From IMG/VR virus record IMGVR_UViG_3300031541_000012, positions 1 through 64,000 of that record: DNA of 64,000 nt; one strand, written 5' to 3'. The translations under genes were made by a program, and so were the position numbers. This stretch comes from a virus. Shown piece after piece: positions 62,899 through 64,000 of this stretch. Below the pieces are notes generated by a model that searched no databases, was not told the origin of the DNA, and saw nothing but the letters and a program-made list of their open reading frames with translations. The first letter of the stretch is position 1. Each line of letters opens with the position of its first letter.

Positions 62899-62928
62899 CA
62901 AATTAAGTGGCTTGCGCTATAAAAGCGT
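62895..62928 (+). promoter_or_regulatory. sigma70-type promoter, probably leaderless
   Basis: TTGACA-17-TATAAA, ATG 5 nt after -10. Confidence 0.7.
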
Positions 62929-63393
62929 ATGCCACTGAAACCTACCACTCTGGATGATCTTGAGCTGTTCCAATACGAACGGGGCGGCAAGTATTACAAG
63001 ACTTGGACTTGGAATGATACTCTGCACAGTGTGGAGGATCATCCAAGTCTTATCATTCGTGACGGTCAGGGCGCGATCATTGAGCAACAATGGCACACAC
63101 ATGGTATGCGCCACCGCGATGGTGACAAGCCAGCCTGGATCAAAGATGACGTGATGCTGTTTTACAAGAATGGCGAGATGCATCGTGATGACGGTCCTGC
63201 ATGGGAAGGTATTACAGAGCAAAAATGGTATCGCCACAATCAGCTACATCGTTTAGATGGGCCCGCTGTTGAGGGGCTCAAAATAGCCCCACAGTGGTAT
63301 CTTGATGGCTATGCTATAACTATGCAGCAATGGGGCGATGATCCTAGGGTAGATAATGAACTTTTTGTGTATTTTAAGCTAATTTATGATTGA
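62929..63393 (+). CDS. HRxDGPA-repeat protein ending in KL motif
   Basis: HSVEDHPS, HRDGDKPA, HRDDGPA, HRLDGPA; ends NELFVYFKLIYD*. Confidence 0.75.
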   Translation: MPLKPTTLDDLELFQYERGGKYYKTWTWNDTLHSVEDHPSLIIRDGQGAIIEQQWHTHGMRHRDGDKPAWIKDDVMLFYKNGEMHRDDGPAWEGITEQKWYRHNQLHRLDGPAVEGLKIAPQWYLDGYAITMQQWGDDPRVDNELFVYFKLIYD

Positions 63394-63438
63394 CAACCAA
63401 GGCGTTTTGCTTTATGATATAAGAGTAAGCAAAGGAGA
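63390..63438 (+). promoter_or_regulatory. conserved early promoter repeat, copy 11
   Basis: TTGACAACCAAGGCGTTTTGCTTTATGAT...GTAAGCAAAGGAG. Confidence 0.88.
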
Positions 63439-63443
63439 TACAC

Positions 63444-63857
63444 ATGTTTAAGGTTTTCCAAGTCGAACTGCCCGCCGCTAAGGCAGACGAAGTTAACGCA
63501 GCAGGTTGCTGGAGCAAAGTTACCTGGGGCAAGGCATACTTGGACCTCACCAATGGCTTTGGTGAACTGAACCTGGAGATGGTTCTTGCCGCCGCTGAGC
63601 ATGATCTCATCAAGCACACGATGACAATTGACGCCGTAGAGCTCGAGGAAGTTTTTGCCCTGGGCAACGGCATGGGCGACATGTCCAAAGTTACCGAGCA
63701 CTGCCGCCACAAGAGCATGAGCGTTGGTGACATTGCTATCCGTGAAGATAGCCGCGGTGGTGGCATTGTTGCTGCATTTGGTTTTGAAGTGCTCAGTGAG
63801 AAGGAAGCCAAAGAGTTCGAAACTGTTGTTCCCCAGAAAATGACGCTGAAGGTGTAA
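63444..63857 (+). CDS. hypothetical early protein (YodL-like SMSVGD motif)
   Basis: LEEVF...N...SMSVGDI. Confidence 0.65.
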   Translation: MFKVFQVELPAAKADEVNAAGCWSKVTWGKAYLDLTNGFGELNLEMVLAAAEHDLIKHTMTIDAVELEEVFALGNGMGDMSKVTEHCRHKSMSVGDIAIREDSRGGGIVAAFGFEVLSEKEAKEFETVVPQKMTLKV

Positions 63858-64000
63858 TATGCAAGTCCGTGTTATAGACGAAAGCTACTGATACTTCGGA
63901 AAAATTGCCGAAGTAGTCAACACTGTTTGGTTTGGTGACATGGCCGTTCACCAGCTAGAGATCGCCAGCGACATTGGCAACGCTACTATTTCGTTCGCCA

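Noticed and set aside
62929-63393. HRxDGPA repeats as a diversity-generating retroelement target
   Set aside because: No reverse transcriptase or template/variable repeat pair in the window; an ordinary protein repeat.
1861-63438. Repeated 50-nt motif as CRISPR or mobile element ends
   Set aside because: Copies are kilobases apart, degenerate, and carry -35/-10/SD; no spacer array, cas gene or transposase seen.
377-63811. Many minus-strand ORFs in the track (e.g. 23810-24409, 21261-21830, 52454-53041)
   Set aside because: They are shadows of well-supported + strand genes with no motifs or SD; only phoH is accepted.
1-64000. Genome-wide stop-codon reassignment
   Set aside because: Core genes are uninterrupted and end properly in TAG (queD), TGA (topoisomerase subunits, clpA) and TAA; internal stops are sporadic.

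Overview
The window is a 64 kb segment of a large T4-like (jumbo) myovirus genome, probably infecting an alphaproteobacterium (inferred from the EpmB, class I LysRS-type domain, ClpP and IscA genes). It is almost entirely + strand and densely packed; phoH is the only clear - strand gene. Recognisable genes include type II topoisomerase (gp39+60 and gp52), clamp loader, Rnl1 RNA ligase with separate kinase and phosphatase, NadM-Nudix, an Acb1-like 2H phosphodiesterase, Pth2, IF-1, EpmB, QueD, MazG, IscA/SufT, ClpP, ClpA, DnaJ, GroES, UvsE, PhoH, spanins, an amidase endolysin and HNH/GIY-YIG nucleases. There are two promoter classes: about 20 sigma70-type promoters, 11 sharing an extended conserved motif, and T4-like late (A)TAAATA promoters. 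Best leads: (1) a 7.5 kb late block of lysine-rich proteins with T4 capsid-targeting-like N-termini and repeated [VLI]-x-E sites, suggesting protease-processed polyproteins of virion cargo; (2) about 20 otherwise dissimilar small proteins sharing a C-terminal 'F-x-M-x-K-L-x-Y/W-G' helix; (3) promoters of both classes embedded in G.U-tolerant hairpins; (4) three structured 5' leaders: a preQ1-I-like aptamer before queD, a perfect four-way junction before a late structural gene, and an H-type pseudoknot before the SPFH gene; (5) recurrent in-frame stops at apparent Trp (TGG) positions, and a deleted nadV remnant. All assignments come from reading motifs by eye; no database searches were run.
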